This document shows positions 45,236 through 54,243 of a DNA stretch of 64,000 bases, piece by piece. The translations under genes were made by a program, and so were the position numbers. The notes beneath the pieces were generated by a model. It did no database searches. It was not told the DNA's origin and saw nothing but the letters and a program-made list of their open reading frames with translations. The DNA is from Patescibacteria group bacterium (lineage in GTDB: Bacteria > Patescibacteriota > Minisyncoccia > Phycocordibacterales > JAACPR01): assembly GCA_022711495.1 (NCBI GenBank), contig JAKLEX010000001.1:23058-87057 (forward strand), given 5' to 3'. The stretch's first letter is position 1, and the number at the start of each line of letters is the position of its first letter.

Positions 45236-46308
45236 ATTGAACTGTTAGCGGAATAAGTTAAAGTCAAGTTGGAAGAAGCGCTTGAATACAAGTTGTTCTT
45301 GTCCAGAATTTTAGCCGAAATGGTGAACTGGCCGGATTCTCCAGAATTACGCCCGAGGATGATTGAATTTGTATTGCCGACGGTTTCAATTCTTGAATTA
45401 TTCAAATACCAGTTATAAGTCAATGATCCCAGATTTCCCAGATTGAAGTAAAGAGGCAAAGCCGTTATCTCAACTTCTTGTCCACTGAGAGTCATGTTCC
45501 CCGTAGCTAGTCTGCTTAATATCAAGCCATTTGTCGGCGCTTTGGCGTAGAGCAGGGTTCTTGATTCGGAATAGCCGATATTTTCAATGGCTTGATTTTG
45601 CAAATTCTGCCCGACGACTTTAGCGGTTACGGTGACGGTGGAAGGATTAGTGAATTCTGTTTTTGGCACAGCAATATAAACATTGCGTCCGGTTCCAGAA
45701 GCCGGTCCGTCCGTCTGACCATTTATTCTCCAGGTGTAGACTATATTTGAGTCATCTATTCTGCGGCCGGCGGAATTCCGGAAATCCGAAATGGCGATGA
45801 ATTTGTGAATTGAACCTGGCACCGGCAGAGCTCGACCTTTATAGAAAGGTGGCGTTGAGGTCAGAGCCTCATCCAATATTGATAATTCGGATGGTGAGAC
45901 TGTGTGCGCCACTTCATACTCACCAGTAGATGTTTTGACTACGGCTTTTATGTTAATGTTTCGGGCGTTTTCACCAACTGTCGTGTTGATACTTTTTAGA
46001 CCAAGACCGCTTGAAATGAATTTTCCGTCAATGTACCAAGAAATCGTGGCTTCATCCACTGGCAGAGAATAACTCTGGATATATATTGAAATGTTGTCGC
46101 CCGGACTTGGGTAGGCGGGGTCGGTGTAGATGGAAATATTTGGAGTTATTTCAGGCAAAGAGTCCAGAAATCCTTCAATATCAGTTAAGTCAACGGTGGT
46201 GTTGTCACCGGCCCCGTTAGCTGGAATAGTTTGAGCAGACACAATTGACGTGCCGAGAACGAGAGAGAAAAATAGCCAAACTATTAGAAATAAGCCTAGT
46301 TTTTTCAT
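45232..46308 (-). CDS. Secreted repetitive beta-rich protein (three related ~90-aa repeats); possible surface or pilus-associated adhesin
   Basis: It has a signal peptide (MKKLGLFLIVWLFFSLVLGTSIVSA). Repeated motifs are ISWYIDGKF / IVYTWRINGQ / LTYNWYLNNSRI. Confidence 0.45.
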   Translation of the reverse strand: MKKLGLFLIVWLFFSLVLGTSIVSAQTIPANGAGDNTTVDLTDIEGFLDSLPEITPNISIYTDPAYPSPGDNISIYIQSYSLPVDEATISWYIDGKFISSGLGLKSINTTVGENARNINIKAVVKTSTGEYEVAHTVSPSELSILDEALTSTPPFYKGRALPVPGSIHKFIAISDFRNSAGRRIDDSNIVYTWRINGQTDGPASGTGRNVYIAVPKTEFTNPSTVTVTAKVVGQNLQNQAIENIGYSESRTLLYAKAPTNGLILSRLATGNMTLSGQEVEITALPLYFNLGNLGSLTYNWYLNNSRIETVGNTNSIILGRNSGESGQFTISAKILDKNNLYSSASSNLTLTYSANSSI

Positions 46309-46381
46309 CAGTATAATTATAGCAAACCGCCTGTTTTTGTTAATTAAAGCGAGCAGGTTTCGGGCGAGGAATTGATGTGCC

Positions 46382-48262
46382 TTAAAATCCCTCCAAATCC
46401 TTCTGAATTTTTCTAATACTGGATTCCTGCAAGTCTTGTTTGCCGGAATTTTTCAATTCCTGCTTGCTTCTCTTGATACTTAAAATTTGGGCCGGATCGG
46501 AAGTGATGATCTGATCTTCAGCGTAGGAGCCGATGACTTTAATGGCCACGTGTTTTAGTCCGGCAAAAAAGATTCCCTCTCCGACGTTGGATTCAAGCAG
46601 CAGATATTTCTCTTCCTCGGTTAAATTGAATGTTCTCTGGACAATATCAATTGATGAAACTGATTGTTTCATCAGCAGTTGCATTGAGGAGTTGCTGATA
46701 ATTGGCACGCCGTATGGAGAATTTAAGAAGTCCTCAACGTCTTGCGTGATTGTTGAAAGCCCCAAGAAATATTTTCGTCCTCTTTTAGCCAAACCAAGCA
46801 AGAACGAAGCGGTGTCTTCGGATTTCATCATCCACCAAGCTTCGTCAATGACCAGCAGTCTCTTTCTCAAATCTTTTCGTATGGCCGTCCAAATGTAGCG
46901 GGTGATGATGTACATGGCGATCGGCTTCAATTCGTCTTCCATGTCGCGCAGAGCGAAGACGATGAAGTTTTTATTGATGTTGACGTTGGTTGGTTTATTC
47001 AAAAATCCCGCCCAAGTTCCTTGAGTGTATTTCGTTAATTTCTGTGCCAAATTTTCCGCTCCTTCCATTCCGGCCAAAACAAGGGCAAAGTCGGACATCA
47101 AAGGTGGCTCAATTTGCGAGAAGTCAGATTCCGGCGTGATATCTTTTAGAGCGTAAGTCTCGGTGATGGCGCGATCAATGATGGCGTCTTCTTCTGGTGT
47201 TAATCCGCCGAACATTAGTCGGAATAAACCGACCAAGTTTATAATGTTTGATCGCAAAACATCAGCTGGTTGTTCGTCCGGCCGCGGAGTCGGAATGTCA
47301 AACGGATTGATGTGGTGATTTGAAGTCAGAGAGATGGTAAAGAAGCGTCCGCCAGCGGCTTCGGCCATGTATTCGTATTCTCTTTCCGGGTCAATGACGA
47401 TGACTTCTATGCCGAACATCAAAGAACGCAGAATTTCCAGTTTGGTGGTATATGATTTTCCGGCACCGGCTTTGGCGAAGGTAACAGAGTTATAGTTTTC
47501 CAATGAGAACCGGTCAAATAGAATCAATCCGGAATTGTGTCGGTTTATTCCGTAAAGAATTCCGCGGTCGGAAGTCAATTCAAATGAGATGAATGGGAAG
47601 ATGCTGGAAAGGGGCTCAGAATTTAATTGCGTGTGAATTCCCAGTAAGTCGGTTCCGACCGGAATAATACTTTTGAAAGCTTCTTCTTGTTGGAAAATGG
47701 CTGGTTTTACATAAACGAGCTTTGATTCTAGAAGTGACTTGAATTCGGATTCAAACTTATCAAGTTCGTCGTCGGTGTTTCCGTATATTGAAATGTATAA
47801 TCCGACGTCAAAAACCTTCTCTGTGGCTTGTTGCAGACTATCTCGCAGAGCCTCCAGGTCGCGGTAAGCCGTGTCTAACTTTGGGTCGCGCACTAGACCT
47901 TTTTCCGTGCGAAGGTTGATTTGACTCTCTACCTCGGCGACTTTCTTTTGGAATTTTCTCAAAATAACAGTGGTGTCTATCGGGTGAACGAAAATTGAAA
48001 CGTCAAAAATTTTATCTAGATTGATTACCGGCGAGAACCAGCTGTCGGCCAAAAAGCGCGGATAAGAAATGACGAAGAAACTGCGAACGACTTTATCACC
48101 CAAATTCAATTCCCTCGGTGAAACTTTCAAGGCTGGTGGGGCGATGATGTCCCGTAATTCCAAAACTCCCGCTTCATATATTTGTTGCGGCAAAAACGAA
48201 GTGATCCTTGGATCCTCTATTTTTGTGTTTTTTTTGCCTTTTAGAAAATCTAAGATTCCCAT
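46382..48262 (-). CDS. VirB4/TrbE/CagE-family T4SS ATPase, C-terminal 626-aa portion (ATPase domain)
   Basis: The Walker A is FAKAGAGKSYTT and the Walker B is LLVIDEAWWMM. The size and order match VirB4 homologues. Confidence 0.8.
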   Translation of the reverse strand: MGILDFLKGKKNTKIEDPRITSFLPQQIYEAGVLELRDIIAPPALKVSPRELNLGDKVVRSFFVISYPRFLADSWFSPVINLDKIFDVSIFVHPIDTTVILRKFQKKVAEVESQINLRTEKGLVRDPKLDTAYRDLEALRDSLQQATEKVFDVGLYISIYGNTDDELDKFESEFKSLLESKLVYVKPAIFQQEEAFKSIIPVGTDLLGIHTQLNSEPLSSIFPFISFELTSDRGILYGINRHNSGLILFDRFSLENYNSVTFAKAGAGKSYTTKLEILRSLMFGIEVIVIDPEREYEYMAEAAGGRFFTISLTSNHHINPFDIPTPRPDEQPADVLRSNIINLVGLFRLMFGGLTPEEDAIIDRAITETYALKDITPESDFSQIEPPLMSDFALVLAGMEGAENLAQKLTKYTQGTWAGFLNKPTNVNINKNFIVFALRDMEDELKPIAMYIITRYIWTAIRKDLRKRLLVIDEAWWMMKSEDTASFLLGLAKRGRKYFLGLSTITQDVEDFLNSPYGVPIISNSSMQLLMKQSVSSIDIVQRTFNLTEEEKYLLLESNVGEGIFFAGLKHVAIKVIGSYAEDQIITSDPAQILSIKRSKQELKNSGKQDLQESSIRKIQKDLEGF

Positions 48263-48264
48263 AA

Positions 48265-48882
48265 TTATTTGTTAGCTTTGAAATCAACATCGCCCGGATT
48301 GAAGATTTTGTAATAAACTTCAATGATTTCTTCCGTGCCAAGATTGGCGGCGCGAACGCCACAACGGCTGATTCCCTGTTTGACGACGGCCACTCTCTGT
48401 TCCAACTGGCTGCGGCTTTCTTCAAAATCGTCAATGCTTTGTTGCTTCTTGTCTTTCTTCGGTCCAAAAAACTTAGCGCCTTTCGTTATATCCAGACTTG
48501 GCGGAGTATAAGGGATGACGATAAAAAAATTTTTAGTCATGATGTTGACGCTCTCGGTGAAACTTTTTATGAAGTTTATGTATTCTCGGCCTTGTATTTT
48601 CAGCAAGTCGTTGGTTTGTTCTTTGACTCGGCCATCAAGCATGGACAAGTAGGGTTTGATATCTAGCTTTCTGGATTGGATGAAAATCTGAATGGTAAAG
48701 TCCAAAGAGTTAAGAAAGTTTTGAAATTGGGAGATGATGGCCTGTTGCTCGTCGGTGGATTTTAGAGCGAAGTTCAAGGAAGAAGTCATCAACAAGGCCC
48801 GCATTGAGCCGTCTTTCAAGATGGCGATACCGTCTCGGACCTCTTTAATTGGGACAAACTCTTGTGATGTCTTAGGGACCAT
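48265..48882 (-). CDS. VirB4-family N-terminal domain encoded as a separate 205-aa ORF
   Basis: VPIKEVRDGIAILKDGSMRALLMTSSLNFALKSTDEQQAII matches the N-terminal consensus of Gram-positive-type VirB4/TrsE proteins. Its stop lies 2 nt before the ATG of the ATPase ORF, in a different frame. Confidence 0.65.
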   Translation of the reverse strand: MVPKTSQEFVPIKEVRDGIAILKDGSMRALLMTSSLNFALKSTDEQQAIISQFQNFLNSLDFTIQIFIQSRKLDIKPYLSMLDGRVKEQTNDLLKIQGREYINFIKSFTESVNIMTKNFFIVIPYTPPSLDITKGAKFFGPKKDKKQQSIDDFEESRSQLEQRVAVVKQGISRCGVRAANLGTEEIIEVYYKIFNPGDVDFKANK

Positions 48883-48897
48883 TCCTGATATTATACA

Positions 48898-49305
48898 CTA
48901 TTTTATATTCTCATTAATATCCAAACTCCAAGAAAGATCTTTCAGTTTGCTGTCGGAAAGCTTCGGTATGGCGATAGGCGATTCGGCGGCGGAAGTTTCT
49001 TCTTTTTTCTCCTCAAGTTTTTTTGGAACTTTTTTCCAGATATATTTCTTATTACCGATGAAATATTTCATGGAGTTTTCAAAAGTCTGAACAAACGGTT
49101 GCCAGCCGTCAAATTTAAAGAAGGCAAACATTAACAATAAAATGACTATCGGCGCACCGACAATTACGGCGATAATCGGCGGAAGGATGTTCCAGACGAT
49201 AAATCCGGTCGCGGCCGCGCCACCGACATACAAAAATTGCTTAGCGGTGAGCGAACCGAATATTTTGTCTTCTACTTCTAGGAATTGTGGAACTTGGTAT
49301 CTCAT
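48898..49305 (-). CDS. PrgI-family (VirB3-like) small T4SS membrane protein
   Basis: MRYQVPQFLEVEDKIFGSLTAKQFLYVGGAAATGFIVW is the hallmark N-terminal motif of the PrgI family (MxYQVPQFIxxEDKIxGPLTxKQF). Two TM helices follow. Confidence 0.8.
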   Translation of the reverse strand: MRYQVPQFLEVEDKIFGSLTAKQFLYVGGAAATGFIVWNILPPIIAVIVGAPIVILLLMFAFFKFDGWQPFVQTFENSMKYFIGNKKYIWKKVPKKLEEKKEETSAAESPIAIPKLSDSKLKDLSWSLDINENIK

Positions 49306-49314
49306 GATCAGTGT

Positions 49315-49965
49315 CTAATCTAGCGGTTCTCGGTACGGATCAACCGGTCGGGATTTTTGAATGTTGGCGTTAGTGTTGGCGACATCGGCACCACCGGTTG
49401 AAATGACATGACTTTCTTTTTGGGCTTCGGTGGTGTTCAATAATTTCTTTTCAAGAATGGTGTCTTTAGGTAAGTCCTCAATAACAACTTCATTATCTAT
49501 TCCGAGAGCTGGCTCAGGCGGTATTTCCGGAACCGGAGCAACAGATTCTCCGCCGGCCGAGATGATTTCTACCTCAGAATTTTCTCGAGAGCTTCCTTGT
49601 TCTACTGCTTTCTTGGCAGCCTCTTCGGCTTTTTTCTCTTCCTCCTCAAGTTCTATGAGTTGTTGCTTGATGTTTTGGAAGATTTCTTCTTCAACCGAAT
49701 TTACTATTTTACTCAAAACCTCCGGACTTAGATTAAGTTCTTGTCTTAATTTATTCATGTAGTCGCGCGGACTGGTTATGCCGAGCATCACGAGAAATGT
49801 TTCAGTTTCCAGAACGCTAGCATCACCGATGACTAAGTTATTTTTTTGAGCGATGATTCGGATTTTTTGTTCCCAATGTGAATTGACAATGGCCTCTTGA
49901 ATAGACTTTGGTAGCGCCCGGAAGCGTTCGATGATTATTTGGTTGTTGGATTCGCCTGATTCCAT
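49315..49965 (-). CDS. Hypothetical acidic protein within the T4SS-like module
   Basis: 216 aa, soluble and Glu-rich in the middle. Unknown function. Confidence 0.4.
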   Translation of the reverse strand: MESGESNNQIIIERFRALPKSIQEAIVNSHWEQKIRIIAQKNNLVIGDASVLETETFLVMLGITSPRDYMNKLRQELNLSPEVLSKIVNSVEEEIFQNIKQQLIELEEEEKKAEEAAKKAVEQGSSRENSEVEIISAGGESVAPVPEIPPEPALGIDNEVVIEDLPKDTILEKKLLNTTEAQKESHVISTGGADVANTNANIQKSRPVDPYREPLD

Positions 49966-49984
49966 AATACGCTATTAAATTATT

Positions 49985-52204
49985 TTATTTCTTTTTGTTA
50001 TCACCGCCCCCGCCGGATTTTTCTTCTTTGTCCTCTTTCTTTATTTCTTCTCTCATCTCTTTTGCCATTTCTTCTTTTAATTTGTCGCGCTCACTTTTTT
50101 TCATTTGCTTTAGACGAGCTTGAACTGCGGCATTTGAATGAGTCCTGTGTATTAGGTTGCCTCTAAATGGATTAAAACGAGCGCCAGCGTATTTGCCGCC
50201 CAAGCTTTTAACCGCTTGTTCCATGGCCGCGTCAATCATTTTGTTTTGTGCTTTTTCTGCTTCCGATTTTAGTCCCTCCTGTTTTTTTATCTCTTCTCCT
50301 GAAGTGCCTATTGAATTTTGTGCGGCTGTTTTTATCTGAGTCAGACGATTCATTTCTTGTTGTGTCTGTGTTAGTTCGGCGTTGGAGAGGCCTCCTTTTT
50401 GTAATTTTACAGTTAAGGCAGCAATTTCGGCGTCAACCTGGTCTAACTTGGCCTTGTTGTCTTTGGTTGACTGATTTTCAGAATCAATTTTTGATTGTGC
50501 CTGCTTAATTTTGTCTGTCTCGTCTCTATATTCCTGTCTGTTCTTTGCTATGTCCCCAGCTTTCTTTTTGATATTATCGTCGGTCTGTCTATCTTCTGGT
50601 CTTCTGAACTTGTCTCGTTCCTTTTCCAATTTCAGATCTTCTTTGACTCTCTCTTCCGTCAGACCGGCGTAACCTTTATCGGCGCCCTTGGCGGGTTTAC
50701 CAAAATCAAGGCCTGCGCCTTTCAGGCCGGCCTTAGCTCCTGCGGCTTGTCTAATATCAAAACTTCTCTTTGAGGCCCAGTCGCCGACTCTTCCCAATGA
50801 TCTCGCGATTTTGCCGGCTCCCTCTCGTTGCCCGACTGCGCTTAGAGCCGCACCAACTCGTCCGAATGTGCCACGGCCAACCGCGGCGATGCCTCCGGCG
50901 CCAATGGCCGCTCCAAACTCCGCACCAACTGCGCCGAGTTTTTTGCCGATCATCACGGAGCCGATTATGAAGCCAAGGACGATTATTAGATTAATGAATA
51001 TTCCAATGGTACTGGTATCGTTTTGAGTCGCTATCGATAAGGCGTTATCAGTTGAAACAAAAGTTGTGGTTCCCTTGAGTAGGCCGCCAGATATTTCATA
51101 TGTTATGTAGAGCATCAAGAACATCACTGGAAGTGATATGAGCTGCTCTGATAATTTCTTTGACCAACTTTTTGTGTGTTCTTCTAGTTTTGGTAATATC
51201 CATCCGCCGAACATGATTGGCGAAAGTATTAGCAGGAATATTAGGGTTATGAATCTGGAGAATATAACTGCCGAAACGCTGAATAGTACGACGGCCACAA
51301 TCAGAAGTACTACGCCGATAGCAATATATCCCAAAATTTTTTGTCCCAGATTTAATTGATTGCTTTCCAGAATGTCTGTCGCTGCGCTGTCATTATTACC
51401 TATCATTCCGCTATTAGGTTTATAGGCGCCTGACAACTGTAATTTATTGACTAAACAATTTGATAGGCCGCCGTCGGTGAAATATTCCACTCTATTAATC
51501 TTGGATTCGCTGGTAAGCGGTTCGAGAGTTTCTTTTTTTGCCCCCAAGGTTTCGGTCGGGATATCGCACCCGGTCATTTTGTCGTAGAAACTTAGTGCCA
51601 ATATATTTGATATGTCGATCAATACTGTGGTGAAGAAGAAACTAAAATTTATCAAAAGTGCGGCCATTATGACCATTCCCAGTCTCTTTCTAATGTTTTC
51701 CGTCCACCCGCTGACTATTGTCAATATTGATATATATAACAGACCGAATATAAACAGGATATTTATTACATCTCTAAAAACTGACCAACCCAGTCTTATG
51801 GCCTCCGAGTTTGTAATCGTATAACCCATTTTCATGATCCCCAGTATGACAGAGGCATTTAGTATCGTACCTGCGGCGAACAAGACCCACGCGCATAGTT
51901 GTTTAAACACCTTGGGCAAGAATAGTATAATGGATTGAATTCCTTCGACGAAACCGGTATAAATTTCACTAAACCAGCCCCTTTTTTCTTTTCTTAATTC
52001 ATCCCTAGTAACAGCCTGGTCATCAGGGTTTGACGCGGCTGATGCCGCGCTAGTATCACCCGCATAATACTCGGAGTAATCGTACTCTCCGACTTGAGCG
52101 AGTGCCCTTGGGCTTGTTCGTGATGGCAGAATAAAGGCACATGCTACCAGTATAATCAGCAACCACTTTACAAGCACAATTCTTTTGTTCAAGAGTGTAG
52201 GCAT
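49985..52204 (-). CDS. VirB6/TrbL-like polytopic membrane protein with a long C-terminal coiled-coil/charged tail
   Basis: 739 aa. It has a signal/anchor and at least 6-8 TM helices in the first ~430 aa. A Gly-rich segment follows, then a Lys/Glu/Gln-rich coiled-coil. This architecture is typical of VirB6-type channel subunits. Confidence 0.55.
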   Translation of the reverse strand: MPTLLNKRIVLVKWLLIILVACAFILPSRTSPRALAQVGEYDYSEYYAGDTSAASAASNPDDQAVTRDELRKEKRGWFSEIYTGFVEGIQSIILFLPKVFKQLCAWVLFAAGTILNASVILGIMKMGYTITNSEAIRLGWSVFRDVINILFIFGLLYISILTIVSGWTENIRKRLGMVIMAALLINFSFFFTTVLIDISNILALSFYDKMTGCDIPTETLGAKKETLEPLTSESKINRVEYFTDGGLSNCLVNKLQLSGAYKPNSGMIGNNDSAATDILESNQLNLGQKILGYIAIGVVLLIVAVVLFSVSAVIFSRFITLIFLLILSPIMFGGWILPKLEEHTKSWSKKLSEQLISLPVMFLMLYITYEISGGLLKGTTTFVSTDNALSIATQNDTSTIGIFINLIIVLGFIIGSVMIGKKLGAVGAEFGAAIGAGGIAAVGRGTFGRVGAALSAVGQREGAGKIARSLGRVGDWASKRSFDIRQAAGAKAGLKGAGLDFGKPAKGADKGYAGLTEERVKEDLKLEKERDKFRRPEDRQTDDNIKKKAGDIAKNRQEYRDETDKIKQAQSKIDSENQSTKDNKAKLDQVDAEIAALTVKLQKGGLSNAELTQTQQEMNRLTQIKTAAQNSIGTSGEEIKKQEGLKSEAEKAQNKMIDAAMEQAVKSLGGKYAGARFNPFRGNLIHRTHSNAAVQARLKQMKKSERDKLKEEMAKEMREEIKKEDKEEKSGGGGDNKKK

Positions 52205-52211
52205 AATTCAT

Positions 52212-53246
52212 TTACAAACTAATCGGTCCTCCCTGGAACATATTAAACGCTTTGGTTACAAGCAGATCTACGACGGCCGTCATCAATTCGTCAAACTCAT
52301 CGGCAAAGGCCATTTTATCTTCCGGTATGCCGGAGATTTTAGATATTTTTTCTACCAAAAGTTTTCCGGGCCACTTCAAAGTCCCGTCTTCGTCTCTTGG
52401 GCCGAGAAATCCATTGCCCCAATTTAGTTCCATCTTTAGGGCATTAGCCTTTGCTCCAGCGGCCGCGATCGCATCTCTCTCTATCTCGTATTCAGCGATT
52501 TCTGGGTTATTAATCTGCGACAACTCAAACCAACCTCTCCAGCCGCCCTTTTCAAAATCTCCTTCAATAAACTCCTCCATGTTGTCCGTTATTTCTGACA
52601 ACGTACAGACGTCTTCTTTTTTCCTCATTTGTTGACCGCTTAAAAGATTTAATTTAATACTGATTTGAAACGGTTCACACAATGTAGCCCCGGAAGTTGT
52701 TCCAAATACTAGAGTGTTAACGGCTTTGCCGAACTCTTCGTCGGCCAAATCGGTGAAAAATTGTTGCGGGTTTTCCAAAAATAACGGACTGCCATGGGCG
52801 CCGGTTTGCACCCAGCGAGTTGTATCTACCAATATTGCCTCAATCAAACCGTTCATGATGCAGTTGGCGATTCCGTCGGTTGATGGTGTTCCGATTCTCC
52901 CGGTTTCTTTGTTTCGGAACAGGCCCTCTCTCACCGGGACTTCTAATGACAAGATACTGCTGGCGACCTCTTGTATGGCATTTCCCATAAAATTAACTAT
53001 CCAGCTGCTAACCATGTTTGCTGCTAAGGTAGACAAACATCTCGCGGCGACGGCGCCGACTCCGGTGGCGATGGCCGATGCCGTGTCTGAATCGGAATCT
53101 CTCGTATATGGATCCAAAACTGACCCGCTGCTACTTTGAGCGCTGGCCATTCGCGGGTTGTATATAGAGACAAAACTAAAAACCAAGACGAAAGTGAGAA
53201 TTGGTGACAGGCATCCAGCTATTTTTCTTGAAAAAGTATTAGACAT
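52212..53246 (-). CDS. Secreted or membrane-anchored hypothetical protein of the T4SS-like module
   Basis: 344 aa with an N-terminal hydrophobic segment followed by ASAQSS. No family I recognise. Confidence 0.4.
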   Translation of the reverse strand: MSNTFSRKIAGCLSPILTFVLVFSFVSIYNPRMASAQSSSGSVLDPYTRDSDSDTASAIATGVGAVAARCLSTLAANMVSSWIVNFMGNAIQEVASSILSLEVPVREGLFRNKETGRIGTPSTDGIANCIMNGLIEAILVDTTRWVQTGAHGSPLFLENPQQFFTDLADEEFGKAVNTLVFGTTSGATLCEPFQISIKLNLLSGQQMRKKEDVCTLSEITDNMEEFIEGDFEKGGWRGWFELSQINNPEIAEYEIERDAIAAAGAKANALKMELNWGNGFLGPRDEDGTLKWPGKLLVEKISKISGIPEDKMAFADEFDELMTAVVDLLVTKAFNMFQGGPISL

Positions 53247-53250
53247 TTAC

Positions 53251-54189
53251 TTAATCTGTCCAGACAAAGTCCTCGCCATTAAATATTATACCATTGTTTC
53301 TTATATATTGAAACATTATAGCCAGGTTTTCCGCCGCCGAAGCGGAGCTTTGTGAAAATAAAGTCAAACCAACCAGCGCCAGAGCCGGATCGGCATTTTC
53401 TTGTGCCATCAAAACGATAGCTGAACCTATATTGTAGTAATTGTTGGCCAGCGCCGCTTGGTATGACACCAATTGTTCCGGCGTTTCAAGGCCGATTAAG
53501 TATTCAGCCATCTGGGTGGTCGCCGTCGATAACTCTGAATAGTCTTCGGGGCCGATTTGGGTCGAAGCCATTTTGAGGCGATCCTCCCCTTCAATCAAGG
53601 CGTTGGCATAGGACAATAATTTATCTTTATCCGTGGCGCCGTCAAAGGTTACCAAGCTATCTTTGTTGTACCGGTTTCTAAAAGTGTATCTCCCCAAAGC
53701 GCTGTCGGTGACGTTTTCTATCAAATTTGTTTTTTGTTCAAGCGACAGCGCGCCGCCGGTTTGGCTTCGCAGAGAAAAATAGCTTGAAATCAAATCGCTT
53801 GAAATTTCTTTGGTTAGTCCGGTTGTCTCTGGCCACTTCTTTTCCAAATCAGCCAAAAGTTTTTCTTCAATTTCGTAATTGCTGTCATCTGGTCCGACGA
53901 CAAGTGGATTTCTATCGGCGTCAACTTCGGCGCCGTCCGTTGTTCCGTCTTTATCGGTATCTGGCTCATTTATATCAGTGCCCCACAGAGATTCTTCCCA
54001 ATCCAAAAGTCCGTCGGCGTCCGCGTCTTGAGTCGCGTCGCTTTGCAAGTTTACCGGCACAGATAAACTGACTTCGGTCGTTGGTGTCGGAACGAAATTT
54101 TCTTCTTGGCTGTTGATCAGCACTATTGCCGTCACGACAATTACGGTGCCCAACAATACCGCCGAGACCTTTTTGCTTGGCATTTTCAT
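53251..54189 (-). CDS. Membrane-anchored protein with Asp-rich, calcium-binding-like repeats; first gene of the T4SS-like module
   Basis: It has an N-terminal TM helix. DADADGLLDWEE...DTDKDGTTDGAEVDADRN resembles DxDxDG Ca-binding loops. Positionally it could be a VirB8-like bitopic component, but that is speculative. Confidence 0.4.
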   Translation of the reverse strand: MKMPSKKVSAVLLGTVIVVTAIVLINSQEENFVPTPTTEVSLSVPVNLQSDATQDADADGLLDWEESLWGTDINEPDTDKDGTTDGAEVDADRNPLVVGPDDSNYEIEEKLLADLEKKWPETTGLTKEISSDLISSYFSLRSQTGGALSLEQKTNLIENVTDSALGRYTFRNRYNKDSLVTFDGATDKDKLLSYANALIEGEDRLKMASTQIGPEDYSELSTATTQMAEYLIGLETPEQLVSYQAALANNYYNIGSAIVLMAQENADPALALVGLTLFSQSSASAAENLAIMFQYIRNNGIIFNGEDFVWTD

Positions 54190-54243
54190 TTGGCTCTTAT
54201 TATAGCAGATAAACCGCTTTTATTTGCTATAATACTGCTTGAG

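Noticed and set aside
50688-51026. A Pro/Ala-rich plus-strand ORF inside the VirB6-like gene
   Set aside because: It is the antisense of the Gly/Ala-rich segment of the VirB6-like protein. Its low-complexity composition is a mirror artefact.
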